DNA of 64,000 bases from an uncultured Planctomycetota bacterium (GCA_963849325.1 CAWKHF010000008.1:160001-224000); one strand, 5' to 3'. Shown: positions 13,798 through 26,373, counted from the first letter of the stretch. Numbers and translations: made by a program. The notes: generated from the letters alone by a model not told the origin.

Positions 13798-16543
13798 ATG
13801 GATACGCCATACGATACCACGCTGCCGCCCCATCTGCGCTCGCTGAAGGAGGAAATCGAGGGCTACGCGCGCGACTACGGACTGGACTTCTTCGAGACCA
13901 TCTTCGAGGTGATCGACGCCGACGATCTCAACGAGGTGGCGGCCTACGGCGGCTTTCCCACGCGCTACCCGCACTGGTCGTTCGGCATGTCCTACGAGGA
14001 GCTGCGCAAGGGCTACGACTACGGATTGTCGAAGATCTACGAAATGGTCATCAACAACGATCCGTGCTACGCCTACCTGATGCGCAGCAACCACACGGTC
14101 GATCAGAAGTTGGTGATGAGTCACGTCTACGGCCACTGCCTGGCACCGGAGACACGGATTGAGACACGCGACGGTGTGAAGGCCATCACGGAGATCAGGG
14201 TCGGCGACGAGGTGCTGACGCATACGGGAGCTTATCGTCCGGTGCGGGTTTGCGCGCGCCGCTGGTTCCGAGGCCCCATTTGTCGTCTGACGGTTGCGGG
14301 ATCGAGCGAGCCGGTGCGGATTACCGGAGAGCATCCCGTGTATGTCCTTCGGCCTTCACCTTGCGTCTTGCAAGGACGACAGCGTATTCCGTGCCGGCCG
14401 ACCTGCCAATCCCAGCGGAAGTGCTCCAAGCCGCGTCCCTACGAGTCCTATCAACGGCAATGGCTTCCAGCCGCGCAGGTTCGGGCCGGTGATTTCGTCG
14501 TATTTCCGCGCCGTCGCGCCGCTGCCAAAGCTTCTCCTTCTACCGTTTCCATTCCGTTCGACAAGGTACTCCACCGGCAACATCTGGTTGGAGAGCATCG
14601 AGTTCCTGTGGAGCGCAACCTGGCGAAACTCCTCGGTTATTTCATCGCCGAGGGCAACGCTCAGGAACGCGGTCTGGTCGGCTTCGGTTTTCACGCCGAA
14701 GAACACGACTATCATCAGGAAACAACGGAACTGGCTCGGAAGTTGTTCGGCGTCCGGGTGGGGCGAGACGATTACCTCGATGCCCACGCCACGACGATCC
14801 GCTTCAACTCCCTGGAAATTGCTGCCTGGCTTCGGCAGCATGTGGGAACCCATGCCGCGAAGAAGCGAATTCCCGCCTTCCTCATGGATCATCCCCGGGA
14901 TGAAGTGCTTCAAGCGTGCTTGCAGGGCGTCTTCGCCGGAGATGGTTACTACACGAGCACGTCCGGCCGCAAGTCGGGCACCCTCTCCCTGACGACGATT
15001 TCGGAAACCCTGGCCTACCAAGTACGGACTGCCTGCCTGCGCTGGGGGATCAAATCCACTATTGTCACACGCCGTCGTCCGGATCGGCAGGTCAGCTACG
15101 ATGTGATCTGGTCCGGTGTTTCGGCTCACAAATTGAGTGAGTTGCTCTACGGCCGGGACGTCATCAAGGGGAACCGATCCTTCGAGCGCAGCTGGTCGGA
15201 CGATCATTACCTCTACCAGCCCATTCGCTCCGTCCAGATGGAGCCATACAACGGACTCGTCTACAACTTCTCTGTGGACACGGATGAAAGCTACACCCTC
15301 GCTGCGGGTTTTGTCGTCCACAACTGCGACTTTTTCAAGAACAACGCCTACTTCGGGCACACCAATCGCAAGATGATGGACGAGATGGCCAATCACGGAG
15401 CGCGCATCCGTCACTACGCCGAGCGCTTCGGCGAGGACGAGGTCGAGGCGTTCATGGACCGCTGCATGTCGATCGACGACCTGATCGACGTGCATTCGAC
15501 GGCCATCCGCCGCCGCGAGCCGGTGTCGCGCTACGACTTCAGCCCCGAGCGCGACGACAGCGAGGAGATGCGGGCGACGCGCTTCAAAAGCAAGGACTAC
15601 ATGGATGACTACATCAACCCGCGCGAGCTGCTCAAGAAGGAGGAGGAGGAGCGCCGCAAGGCCAAGGAGCAGACGGCCCGCAGCTTCCCCGAGCACCCCG
15701 AGAAGGACGTGCTGCTGTTTCTGATCGAGCACGCGCCATTGAAGAACTGGCAGCGCGACATCCTCGAAATCGTCCGCGACGAGGCGTACTACTTCGCACC
15801 GCAGGGACAAACCAAGGTGATGAACGAGGGGTGGGCCTCGTTCTGGCATTCGACGATCATGACCCAGAAGGTACTAAACCCTTCCGAGGTGATCGATTAC
15901 GCCGACCACCACTCCGGCACGATGGCCGTGTCGCGCGGGCGGATCAATCCCTACAAGCTGGGCATCGAGTTGTTGCGCGACATCGAGCACCGCTGGAACA
16001 CCGGCAAGTTCGGCAAGGAGTACGACGAGTGCGACGACCTGGAGAAGCGGCGCAACTGGGACAAGCAGCTCGGCCTGGGACGGCAAAAAATCTTCGAGGT
16101 GCGCCGCGTCCATAACGATATTACCTTTATCGACACGTTCCTGACGCCGGAGTTCTGCGTGCAGCACAATATGTTCAGCTTCGCCTGGCAGGAGCAGGCG
16201 GGCGGTTACGTGATCGAATCGCGCGATTTCGAGAAAATCAAGCAACGGCTGTTATTCAGCTTGACGAACTTCGGCAAACCGTGGATTTATGTAGTAGACG
16301 GCAATTTCCGCAACCGCGGCGAGTTGCTGTTGAAGCACCAGCACACCGGCGTCGAACTCCGCCTCGATCAGGCGGCCGACACCCTGGCGAACATCCAGTA
16401 TCATCTGGGGACGGCCGGTCAACCTGCAGACGCTCGTCGAGGGCAAGCCGACCATGCTTTCCTTCGACGGCAGCGAACACAGCATCAAAACCGGAGGAGA
16501 GATCGATGAGCCTCGACGCACTACTTCTGGAAAAACTCGCTAA
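13798..16543 (+). CDS. spoVR: SpoVR/YcgB-family protein containing an intein (indel near 16405)
   Basis: GGFPTRYPHWSFG, KIYEMVINNDPCYAYL, HVYGH|CDFFKNN, TKVMNEGWASFWH, NPYKLG. Confidence 0.92.
14137..15324 (+). mobile_element. Intein (396 aa) with LAGLIDADG-type endonuclease in SpoVR
   Basis: CLAPETRI start, TGEHP block B, LLGYFIAEG and LQGVFAGDG, VYNFSV..VVHN end, +1 Cys; frame uninterrupted. Confidence 0.95.
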
Positions 16544-16981
16544 ATGGCGACCCGATAGCGGCCGGTCCACGCTCGACGTGGCCGACGCCGCCGGCGGCTG
16601 GGCCGTCGCCTTTACCGCCGAATGCGTGGATGGGATTGGCTGCCGGCTGTGGGAGTTGGCCCTGCGCCGCACGGCCGAGACGTCTGCCCCTCGATCCGAA
16701 GGCCCGCGCCGGCGAGGTCTGCCGGCGCGTGACGGGATTGCTCGAACCGCTGTGTCTGGTGGAAGTGGACACGGCGCGGAACGTGGCCTTGCTGCGCAGC
16801 GAACAGCCGGGACAACGCGGCGACGACCGCTTCTATTATGAAGTGCTGCTCGAAGGCGACGGCGGCAGCGTCGCTGCGCCGCTATCAGGCGCCGCGTCCG
16901 GACCAACCGCGCCGCCAACAGGTCGCCTTCACCCTCACCCACGAAGCGCTCGCCAAACTGGTCGGCGATCTAACGGCATGA
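16506..16981 (+). CDS. Conserved-looking hypothetical protein (frameshifted)
   Basis: ATG after GGAGGAG overlapping the spoVR end; RVTGLLEPL..LLRSEQP..YYEVLL..VAFTLTHEALAKLVGDL. Confidence 0.6.
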
Positions 16982-16983
16982 AC

Positions 16984-17065
16984 TAGGGAATAGGGAATAG
17001 GGAATAGGGAAGAGAGAAAAAGTCTATTCCCTATTCCCTATTCCCTATTCCCTATTCCCTACTCC
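16984..17065. repeat. Inverted heptamer arrays (GGGAATA)n / (TATTCCC)n
   Basis: Directly visible; the same unit occurs at 37897-37931 and 51192-51294. Confidence 0.9.
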
Positions 17066-17147
17066 TGTCTTGATCTTTCTCTCCTGACGCACTAGAAGCG
17101 ATGCTCCGGAAGGGACCTCTCCCCTGGGCGTCAAGGAGGCGAAAGCC

Positions 17148-18801
17148 GTGCTCATGCCGCTGCGTCCCGCGCGCCTGGCCCTGTCGGTCGGGTGGTGCCG
17201 TCTGCTGGCCGCTTGCCTGATCGCCGGGGCGGCCGCTCTCCACCTGGCTTACCTGGCCCACGATTGCCCGCTCGACCTCGCCCCGGATGAGGCCCATTAC
17301 TGGGACTGGTCGCGCCATCTCGATTGGAGCTACTACAGCAAAGGGCCGCTCGTCGCCTATCTCATCCGCGGCGGCTGCGAGCTGGCCGGCCGATGGTCCG
17401 TCGCACACACCGGCAATCTCGCCTTCGCCGTGCGCCTGCCCGCCGTCGTCTGCGGTAGTCTGCTGCTCTTGAGCCTGTACGTCCTCACCGTGCAGGTGTA
17501 CCGCCGCGAGACGCTGGCGCTGGCGGTCGTCGGCATGGCCCTGACGCTGCCGGTCATCGCCGTCGGCTCGTCGCTCATGACCATCGACGCGCCGTACACC
17601 TGCTGCTGGGGCTGGGCGCTGGTGCTGGGACATCGCGCCATCTTCCGCGGCTCGAAATGGGCCTGGCCGCTTCTGGGCGTCGTGCTCGGGCTGGGCATGT
17701 TGGCCAAGTACACCATGATCGTCTGGATGCCGTCGGCCGGGCTGTTCCTGCTGACGACGCCGGCGTATCGGCGGTTGTTGTGGGGCCGCGGCTTCTGGTG
17801 CATGGTCGCCGTCGCCGGCCTGTGCTGTCTGCCGATCCTCATCTGGAACGCCCAACACGACTGGGTGACGTTCCGCCACGTCCTGGGGCTGTCCGGGCTG
17901 CATGACATGGCTCAGCCGCGCGACGAGTCGCGCATCCACTGGCTGGGACCGTTGACCTACGTGGGCGAGCAGTGCGCCCTGCTCTTGGTGTACTGGTTCG
18001 TCGTCTGGGCGGCGGCGATGATCGCGCATCGGCCATGGCGCGAGCCGGACGCCGGCATCCGCTATCTGTGGTGGCTGTCGGCGCCGATGTTTCTGATGTT
18101 CGGGGCTTTCAGTCCCAAGACGGGCGGCGGCGAGATGAACTGGCCGGTGACGGCGTACCTGTCGGGCCTGGTGCTGTCGGCGGCGTGGCTGGCGCGGCAG
18201 TTCGATTCGCCGCGGCGCTGGTATCGCGTCTGGACGGCGATCAACCTGGGGCTGGCGTGCCTGGCCGGCGTGCTGGTGACGCTGTTCATGCACCACAGCC
18301 GCTGGCTGTATCCGGTGCTGACGCCGTTGGCCGGGGCACCGACCGCGAACGAACCTCTTCCCGCTGCGCCGCTTCGATCCGACGTGCCGGCTGCGCGGCT
18401 GGCGGACGCTGGCGGCGAAGGTCGATCAACTCCGCGCCGCGATCGCGGCCGACGATGGCGTCGAGCCGGTGCTGGCCGGGTCGAGCTGGAACTTGCCGGG
18501 CGAGCTGGGCGTCTACTGCGCCGGCCATCCCCAGGCGTATTCGCTCGGCCTGAGCATGGGCGACCGCCATAGCCAGTACGATCTGTGGCAAAACCCTCTC
18601 GACAACGGCGACGCTTTCCAGGGCCGGACCTTCGTCGTCGTCAACGGCGATGAGAAGGTGCTGCGCCAGGCGTTCGCCACGGTGGCGACCACGGAGGTGA
18701 AGTACGACGAACAGGGGCAACCGATCTCGTCGTGGCGCTTGTCGGTGTGCCGGGACTTCCGGGGGCGCTTGCCGCGGCCGGAGGGGGTGCGCGATTTTTG
18801 A
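17148..18801 (+). CDS. GT39/ArnT-like membrane glycosyltransferase (frameshift near 18355)
   Basis: LDLAPDEAHYWDWSRHLDWSYYSKGP, multiple TM helices, LAKYT, PILIWNAQHDW. Confidence 0.85.
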
Positions 18802-18920
18802 TCAGAGCCCGCAGCGTCAGCGAGGGTTTTCGCCTGCCCTCGCTGACGCTGCGGGCTCCGTCAGCCGCACCTTCGCCGGATCGTTGGGGAAGTTCTACTT
18901 CTGCTCGAACTCGCGCGGGG

Positions 18921-19106
18921 TCAGCGTTCGGCGGCGTCGGCCTCGCCCCGGCCGCGCATCTTTAACAGCGTGAGGATTTCATCGACCACGTAATCCGTCG
19001 TGAGCAGCGGCAGTCGATTCTCCTTCAGCCAGGCGGCCGCCGCCGCGTGGTTGGGATCGCTGGGCACGACCGACGCATACCAGGCGCTGGTATCGACAAA
19101 GATCAT
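18921..19106 (-). pseudogene. Truncated PIN-domain (VapC-like) toxin
   Basis: MIFVDTSAWYA..D.NH..TTDYVVDE; only about 60 codons, no C-terminal half in any frame. Confidence 0.75.
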
Positions 19107-19353
19107 CCCCCCTCGCGCTCTCGTAAAGCACCCGATCATGTTCGCTGCCGGAGAAGCCACCATCGTTCCCTTGCGGCGGCAGCGCCGCGATCCGGGCCAG
19201 CGCCGTCGCCGCGCCTTCGGACTCCACCGAAGGAGTCGCCGCCTCCCGCCGCGTTACCAGAAGGATCTCGACCGTCTCCCCCTCCCGCAGCCCCGGCGGC
19301 GTCAACGGCCGCAAGATCCCATTCTCGTAAACGGCGTCACAAAGGATCGTCAT
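19103..19353 (-). CDS. AF2212/DUF104-like antitoxin
   Basis: DAVYENGILRPL..LREGETVEI..HDRVLY; probable ATGA overlap with the toxin, blurred by a G-run indel. Confidence 0.75.
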
Positions 19354-19424
19354 GGCTTCCTCCCGATCGGGCGACGGAATGCATCCACGCGCTCACCCCG
19401 TGTCGCTGTATTCTATCTCCCGGA

Positions 19425-22400
19425 TCATTTCTCCGTCAGTCGTACCTTGGCCGGATCGTTCCGAAAGCCGTACTTGCGCTCGAAATCGGCCGGCTCCAGC
19501 GTTTCTTGCGTGCCATCGTCCTTTTCCACCACCATGACGATGCCGCGTTCGACGCGACTGTTGCCGGTGTAATGGCCGTCGGCCGTGAAGGTCAAACCGT
19601 TGTTTCGCCGGCCCAGCATCCGGACGCCGAGCAGCCGGCCGCTGTCGGTCTCCCAGATGAACAGCCGCTCGCCGGATAGTCCCGCCAGGCGTTTGCCGTC
19701 CGGCGAAAAGGCGATCTGCGACGCGCCGCCTGCCAGCGGCAGCTTGCGCACACGCTCGCGCAGGTCGGCACGCCACAAGTCGATGCCGTCGAAGCAGGAT
19801 TTCGCGAGAAGTCGGCCGTCCGGCGACCAGATCGGATGAGCCAGATACATGCCGTGCCCGTAGGGCAAGAGAGCGCCGTCCTTGCCGTCGGCCAGGTCGC
19901 GCAGCCGATATGCCTCTTTTTCGCTGGGGGCCACCAGCGCCGAGCGTCCATCCGGCGTCAGTTCGAACCAAGAGACCTTCCACTGTTTGGGATCGTTGGC
20001 GAGGAGACTCTTTTCGAGATCCCAAACGTGCCAACCAACCTCCGGGACGTTGAAGGTGAGGAGCCGGCCGTCCGCCGACCATTTCACGCTCTCGGCCGCG
20101 CCGGCGAACGGGCCCAACTCGCGGTCGCGCTTTCCCTTGGCCGCGTCCCAGATCAGCACTCGTTTCTCGCCGGCGGCGGTGGAGGCCAGGTGTTTGCCGT
20201 CCGGCGACCAGGCCAGCGACGTGATCTCGGCCTTGTGTTCGGCCAAGGTGAGATGGAGCGTGCCGCCGGCGTGCCACAATTGCACCGTGTTGTCCGGCCC
20301 TTGAGCGGCCAGGTGCTTGCCGTCCGGCGCCCACGCCATCGGCCAGGTCCTTGGTTCTTCGGCCAGGTTGCTGGCTTCAACTCCGCGAAGACTTGGCCAT
20401 TATTCGCCGAGGCCAGGAAGGTGCCGAAACGCTCCGCCAACGTCAGCGTCCGGCCGTCCGGCGACCAGGCGAAGCCGTAGATGCCCGTGCCGTCGGTCAG
20501 TGTCAGCAGCCGTTTGCCGGTAGCGGCGTCGTAGAGACGGACCCAAGGTTCGCCGTTGGCGCGCGCGATGGTCGTGCCGTCCGGCGACCACGCCATCCAC
20601 GAAGTGCCGCCATCGGCCAGGCGGCGCGACTCCGCGCCGGCGGCGACGTCGATCACCTCGGTGGTTCCGAGTAGATCCCGGTTGAACACCAGGCTGCGGC
20701 CATCCGGCGACCAAACCGGCTCATCGTTCGGCATGACGACCTTGGAATAATGCAAGACTTCTTTGCGGCTTTCCACGTCCCAGACGTGCAGGCCGTCCTG
20801 CTCGGTACAGGCCAGGCGTTTGCCGTCCGGCGACCAGCCGAGCCGTCCGACGGAGGCCGGCGCGGTCAGCCGGCTCACTTCCTTGCCCGTGTCCGCGTCC
20901 CAGATGAGAATGTGGTTGGCGTCGCCGGGCGTCGCCAGGCGTCGGCTGTCGGGAGAAAACGCCGGCCTCTCGCCTGGGCAGGCGACCGGCGGCGCATGCA
21001 GGAGCTTGCCCGTGGTGGCCTCCCAGGTACACAACCGCCCCGCGCCTCCCCAGGACCGCACCTTTCGGCCGTCCGGCGACCAGGCGAGAGCGAAGATGAA
21101 GTCGGCGACGGGGCATTCCAGCGTGCGCAACAGTCGGCCAGTGTCTGCGTCCCAGAGCTGCACGGCCCCGAGCACTAGCCCCGATCCCACCGCCAGCACT
21201 CGTCCATCGGGCGACCAGGCCAGCGACACCGCCCCGGCCACCGGAAAGAGCACTCGCTCCAGCCGTCCGGTCTTCGCCTCCCAGATGTGTACGGTCCCGT
21301 CCCAGCATCCGACCGCCAGGCGCTGGCTATCCGGCCGATAGGCGACGGCCGACGGCGTTCCCGTCTCGCGCCGCGCGATACTCCAGCTGCGCACGCCAGG
21401 TAGCTTGGCCGGCTGCTGCACCAAAGCGAACGCGGAAAGCGGTTCGCCGGCCGCCCGCGGAGCGAGCGGCTCCGGCTCGATGCGCACGCTCGGTTTCGCC
21501 GCCGGACGTTTCTTCGCCTCGTCCTTGTTCTTGCCCTCATCCTGGATGGTGACGCTGCCGCCCTTGGGCACGGGCACCTCGGCCACCTTTTTCCCATCCT
21601 TATCGCGGATGATGACGACGATGGCCGCCACCGCCGCGCCGACCAGCACCAGCAGCAGCGCGGCCGACAACCATCGACGAACGGGCGGCGTCAGGCGGAG
21701 GATCGGACCCTCTTCCGTTGGCGCCAGGCGGATGACGGAACCCTCCTCTGTCTGGATCATCTGACTGAAGGGGTTCTCCTCCATCGACGGACGAGGGCCG
21801 CTCGCCATCTGTACCGTGCCCTCGTTCGCCGGCTGCGTCGCCTCGCGCTCGACGATCGCCAGCTCGTCGGCCACCGCCCTCGCTGTCTTGGGACGCTGCT
21901 CGCGGTCCTTCGCCAGCAAGCGCTCGATCAGCGCCGCCATGCGCGGCGGGATGTTCGGATTGACCTCGCGCGGCGCTTTCGGCGTGTCCAATGCCAGGGC
22001 GGTGAGGATGGACATGGTGTTGGCGCCGCGAAACGGCAGTTGACCCGTCGTCAGTCGATACAGCACCACGCCGAGACTGAACAGATCGCAGCGATAATCG
22101 ACCTTGTCGCCGCGCCTGCTCGGGGGCCATGTACGCCGGCGTGCCGACGATGGCGCCGCTCTGCGTCAGGTGGACCTCCTCGGCGTTGCCGCGGGCCAGG
22201 CCGAAGTCGAGCAGCTTGGCGCGGCCCTGGTGTGCGCTGTCCAGCCAGACGTTGCCCGGCTTGATGTCGCGGTGGATCAGACCGCAGCCGTGGCGCATCC
22301 GCCAGACCGAGGGCGATCTGCCGGCCAATGCGCGCCGCCTGGGCCAGCGTCGGCTGGCGTCCCTTCTTCAACCAGTCGTCCAGCGACATACCTTTGAGGA

Positions 22401-22995
22401 ACTCCATCGCCAGGAAGACGACTTGCCGGTCCTCGCCGACCTGGTAGACGTTGACGACGTGATCGCTCTGGAGCTTGGCGGCGGCGCGCGCCTCGCGCAG
22501 GAAGCGTTCGCGGGCGGTGGGGTTCCGGGCCACCTCCGGCTTCATGACCTTCAGCGCGACGGGGCGTTGCAGATGGATGTCTTCGCCCTGGTAGACCATG
22601 CCCATGCCGCCGGCGCCGAGCACCTTCAGCACGCGATAGCCGCCCAGCCGGCCGATCTCGCCTGGACCCTGCGGCGGAGCCAGGCCGGCCAACGCATCGC
22701 CGTCGCTCTTCTTGTCGTTGGGCAAGCCCCGGCTGGCGTCGTCGCCGGGCGAACGCAACTGCGACAACTTGTCCATCAGTCCGGCCAGTTCCGGCGGATC
22801 GGTGGGCGAGGGAGCGGCGGCTTTGCGTAGCGAACCGATCAGCGTATCGTCCTTGACCAGTCCCGCCATCGTCGCGGTCATCTCGGGGTGCTGTTCGAGA
22901 TAGCGTTCGATAGGCTCGGCCTCCTTCTCGCTCAGTTGGCCGAGGAGGAAGCGTTTGAGGAGCTGTTCGTCGGGAACGGCGTTGTCGGGACGCAT
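19425..22995 (-). CDS. Hanks-type Ser/Thr kinase with TM segment and WD40 repeats (frameshifted)
   Basis: [39 protein letters not shown]; many WSPDG repeats; N-terminal anti-sigma-like segment. Confidence 0.9.
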
Positions 22996-23124
22996 ATCGA
23001 AGCCTCCGATTCTTGTTTAGCCGCGACGCGCAGCGGAGCGCGGCCCGCGCTCCGCTGCGCGGCTAAACAAAAGTACGCAGCGAAAGGGCAAAACCTGTCG
23101 CGCGGCAACAAACATTTCTGTTCG

Positions 23125-23690
23125 TCAATCGATCAATCCTTCCAGCTCCGCGCGAGGCGGCGCAGGACGCGGCCGCGCGCCAGGTACACCGCGTTGGGCG
23201 TCAGACCGAACTCGCGGGCCACGTCCACCGCCGGCCGTCCCTCCACCACCGTCGCCCAGAACGACCGCCAGGTGGCCGGCGCGAACTCACTGCGGATCAA
23301 GTGCAGGGCACGGCTACAGAGGTGGGAGCGATACTCCGCCTCCTCCACGGCGGCGGGTCCGTCCTCGCCCACGCGCTCGGCCAGCTTCGCCTCGACGTCG
23401 CCCAACGGCACGGCGATGCGCCGCCGCCGCCAATCGCGCCACTTGTTACGCGTCAGAGTGAACAACCAGGCCCGGAAGCTGCGCTGGCGGTCGTAATGGA
23501 AATGAGGCAGAGCTTGACAGAGACCGAGGAACACTTCTTGCACCAGGTCGGCGGCGTCCGCCGATTGCAGGCCCAGTTGCCGCGCCGAGTAGTAGAGAAG
23601 CGGAGTATAGAGATGGACGAACTGTTTCCAGGCGGCGGCGTCGTCCGGCCGCCGCACGCGCTCCAGCAACGTCGCCGGCGTCGAGTGCAT
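23125..23690 (-). CDS. ECF sigma-70 factor paired with a Ser/Thr kinase
   Basis: TPATLLERVR..AAW..LYTPLL, DAADLVQEVF, SFRAWLFT, C-terminal HTH NAVYLARGRVLRRL. Confidence 0.88.
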
Positions 23691-23828
23691 GGATGGTCCC
23701 CGAAACCGATAATTTGGATCGAGAACCAGCATACTCGACCGCGAAGGGCGAGGGAAGTGCCTGACCAACCCGGAGCGCCAGCGACAGGTTTTCCCGTCGC
23801 TGGCGCTCCGGGCTAGTGCGGGAGAAAA

Positions 23829-24866
23829 TCACTTCCCCATCAGCTTTTCGAGAACGTACATCTCCAACCCCTCGTAATTGCGCTCGCCGCGGTACTGTTC
23901 GACCTTGGCCGCATCGACCGAGCGCACCACCTCCAGCAGACGCAGGAACATCTGCCGGCTGTTGGCGAGGTGCCTGCGTCTGGTCGGCCTGCTTCGTCGT
24001 GCGCATCGCCTTGACGTCCAGGCCGATGCAGCCGTCGTAGCCGGCCGCGCTCCAGCACCCAGACCGGGTTGAAGGCCCGCCGCAGATCGACCGAGCCGAA
24101 CGTCTTGTCCTGGTCGTATTTCAAGCCGTTCTGGTCGTTGAGATGGACGCTCCACAGCTTCTTGTGCCACAGGGCGTAGGCCATGTCGTCGGACGGATCG
24201 AGGCCGGCCAGGATCGAGTGGGCCGACTCGATCAGCACGCCGCAGCGCGACGGATCGCTGGCGCGGTAGCACAGGGCGAGGAAGTGGCCGGGCGTCGGCA
24301 GGTACGCCTGGTCCATCGGCTCGTTCGGCTTCATCTCGCCGAGGATGCGGATGTTCGGGTCGTGGGCCAGCAGGGCGTTGACCGCGTCCAGGATGCGCTC
24401 GTAGGACGTCGACGGGATCCTTGGCCTCGCGGATGTAGGTGCCCTCGCGGGCCAGCCACAGGACGATGTCGCGGCAGCCGAGGCCGTTGGCGATGTCGAT
24501 GGTGCGCTTGGAGCGCTCGATGGCGTACTTGCGCTCGGCGGCGCTGTTGGAGGTGTAGCCGCCGTCGATGGTCTTGGGGTGCTCCCACAGGCGCGGGGCG
24601 AGGAACTCGCAGAACAGCCCCTCGCCGTCGAGCATTTTCTTGACCTTGGCGACGCCCTTCTGCGTCTCGGCGGGGCCGAGGTCGGCGGGCACCACGTCGT
24701 CATCGTGGAACTGCACGCCGTCGAAGCCGAGTTTCTTGTATTCGCGGATTTTGGCGGCGAAAGCGACCTCCTTGCGCACCGGCGGGCCGAAGGGATCGGC
24801 GCCGGTGCTGATGTTCCAGGGGCCGAAGGTGAAGCGGTAGCTGCGCGGCTTGGAGAGAGCGGCCAT
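23829..24866 (-). CDS. xylA: Xylose isomerase-like TIM-barrel sugar isomerase (frameshifted)
   Basis: FTFGPWN..GADPFGP, FHDDD, WLAREG, EMKPNEP, ESAH, HLNDQNGLKYDQD. Confidence 0.75.
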   Translation of the reverse strand: MAALSKPRSYRFTFGPWNISTGADPFGPPVRKEVAFAAKIREYKKLGFDGVQFHDDDVVPADLGPAETQKGVAKVKKMLDGEGLFCEFLAPRLWEHPKTIDGGYTSNSAAERKYAIERSKRTIDIANGLGCRDIVLWLAREGTYIREAKDPVDVLRAHPGRGQRPAGPRPEHPHPRRDEAERADGPGVPADARPLPRPVLPRQRSVALRRADRVGPLDPGRPRSVRRHGLRPVAQEAVERPSQRPERLEIRPGQDVRLGRSAAGLQPGLGAGARPATTAASAWTSRRCARRSRPTRRRHLANSRQMFLRLLEVVRSVDAAKVEQYRGERNYEGLEMYVLEKLMGK

Positions 24867-24986
24867 TCAAGTTTTCTCCTTTGACGGTCGATGAATGCGG
24901 GAGTATTCTATTGTCTGCGACCGCCCCGAGAGACTCGACTCAGGGATGTAGGATTCGTGCGGTCGTGTTCTTTCCCCGGGTGCAAC

Positions 24987-25271
24987 GTGGATCGTTTGAC
25001 GATCAAGTGTGCCAGTTGCGGCCAGGCGTGGTTGGCCGCCGCCCCCTTTTCGGTGTACGAGCAACAAGCCGTGGAGTCGTGTCCCTGTCCGCACTGCGGC
25101 GCCTACACGCTCTGCTGCCGCGAGCCGAGCGACCTCGTTCCACTCGTCGCCCTGGTCACAGCCCGGCCAGGGCACGGACCCTGCACGCGCACTGATGTGC
25201 CTTGGCATTGTAGTTCGTTTAGCCGCGACGCGCAGCGCGAACGCGCTTCCGCTCGCTGCGTTCGCGGCTAA
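24987..25271 (+). CDS. Small Cys-rich zinc-ribbon protein
   Basis: CASC..CPCPHC..CC; start and 3' end uncertain. Confidence 0.4.
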   Translation: MDRLTIKCASCGQAWLAAAPFSVYEQQAVESCPCPHCGAYTLCCREPSDLVPLVALVTARPGHGPCTRTDVPWHCSSFSRDAQRERASARCVRG

Positions 25272-25282
25272 ACTGATTCGTC

Positions 25283-26298
25283 TCACATCCGCACTTCCAG
25301 CGCCCGCGCGATCTTGCGGCAGTCCGCCATCATCTGGCGGAAGGCGGCCGGCGTCAGCGACTGGTAGCCGTCGCTCAGCGCCTTGTCCGGGTTGGGGTGG
25401 ATCTCGACGATCAGTCCATCCGCGCCCGCCGCCACCGCCGCCCGCGCCATCGCCGCCACCAGGCTGGCCTTGCCGGTGCCGTGGCTGGGATCGACCACGA
25501 CCGGCAGGTGCGTGTGCTGGTGCAGATACGGCACGCTCGCCAGCGGCAGCGTGAAGCGCGTGTGGTCCTCGAAGGTGCGGATGCCGCGCTCGCACAGCAT
25601 CACCTGCGTGTTGCCCGTCTTGAGGATGTACTCGGCCGCCAGCAGAAACTCGTCCATCGTCGCCGACGGGCCGCGCTTCAGCAGCACCGGCAGGCTCGAT
25701 TCGCCGACCGCCTCCAGCAGCGGATAGTTCTGCATGTTGCGGGCGCCGACCTGCAACACGTCGGCGTAGCGCGACACCAGCTCGACGTGCTCCTTGGCCA
25801 TCACCTCCGTGACCACCGCCAGGCCGGTCGCCTCGCGCGCCTCGGCCAGCAGCTCCAGGCCCTTCTCCTTGAGTCCCTGGAAGCTGTACGGACTGGTGCG
25901 CGGCTTGAACGCCCCGCCGCGCAGGCCGGCCGCTCCCGCCTCCTTGACGGCGTGGGCGACCTCCAGGATCTGCTCGCGGCTCTCGACCGAACAGGGCCCG
26001 GCGATGACGCCGATCTGTCCGCCGCCGACGCGCAGGCCGCGCGACGTCGACCACGGTCGGCTCTTTCTTCACCTCGGTGCTGGCCATCTTGTACGGCGCC
26101 AGGATCGGGCACCACTTTCTCCACCCCTTCCAGCGTCTCCAGCGCTTGCTTGGCGCCGTCGCGCTTCTCGCCGAGGGCGGCGACGACGGTCAGCTCCGTG
26201 CCTTCGATGACGTGGCTGCGCAAGCCCAGCTGCTCGATGTGCTCGATCACCTGATCGATTTGCTCTTTCGGAGCGCCCTCTTTCATGACGACGATCAT
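25283..26298 (-). CDS. aroF: DAHP synthase type I-beta with N-terminal ferredoxin-like regulatory domain (frameshifted)
   Basis: [56 protein letters not shown]. Confidence 0.92.
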
Positions 26299-26373
26299 GG
26301 CCGTGTCTCCGGCAAGGGAAGGGCGAACGGCCGGCATCCGCCGGCCGCCGGACGCCGGCCGTTCGCCGACATC

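Noticed and set aside
19425-23690. ECF sigma + Ser/Thr kinase-WD40 pair as a novel system
   Set aside because: Kinase-associated ECF sigma factors are an already described and abundant feature of planctomycetes.
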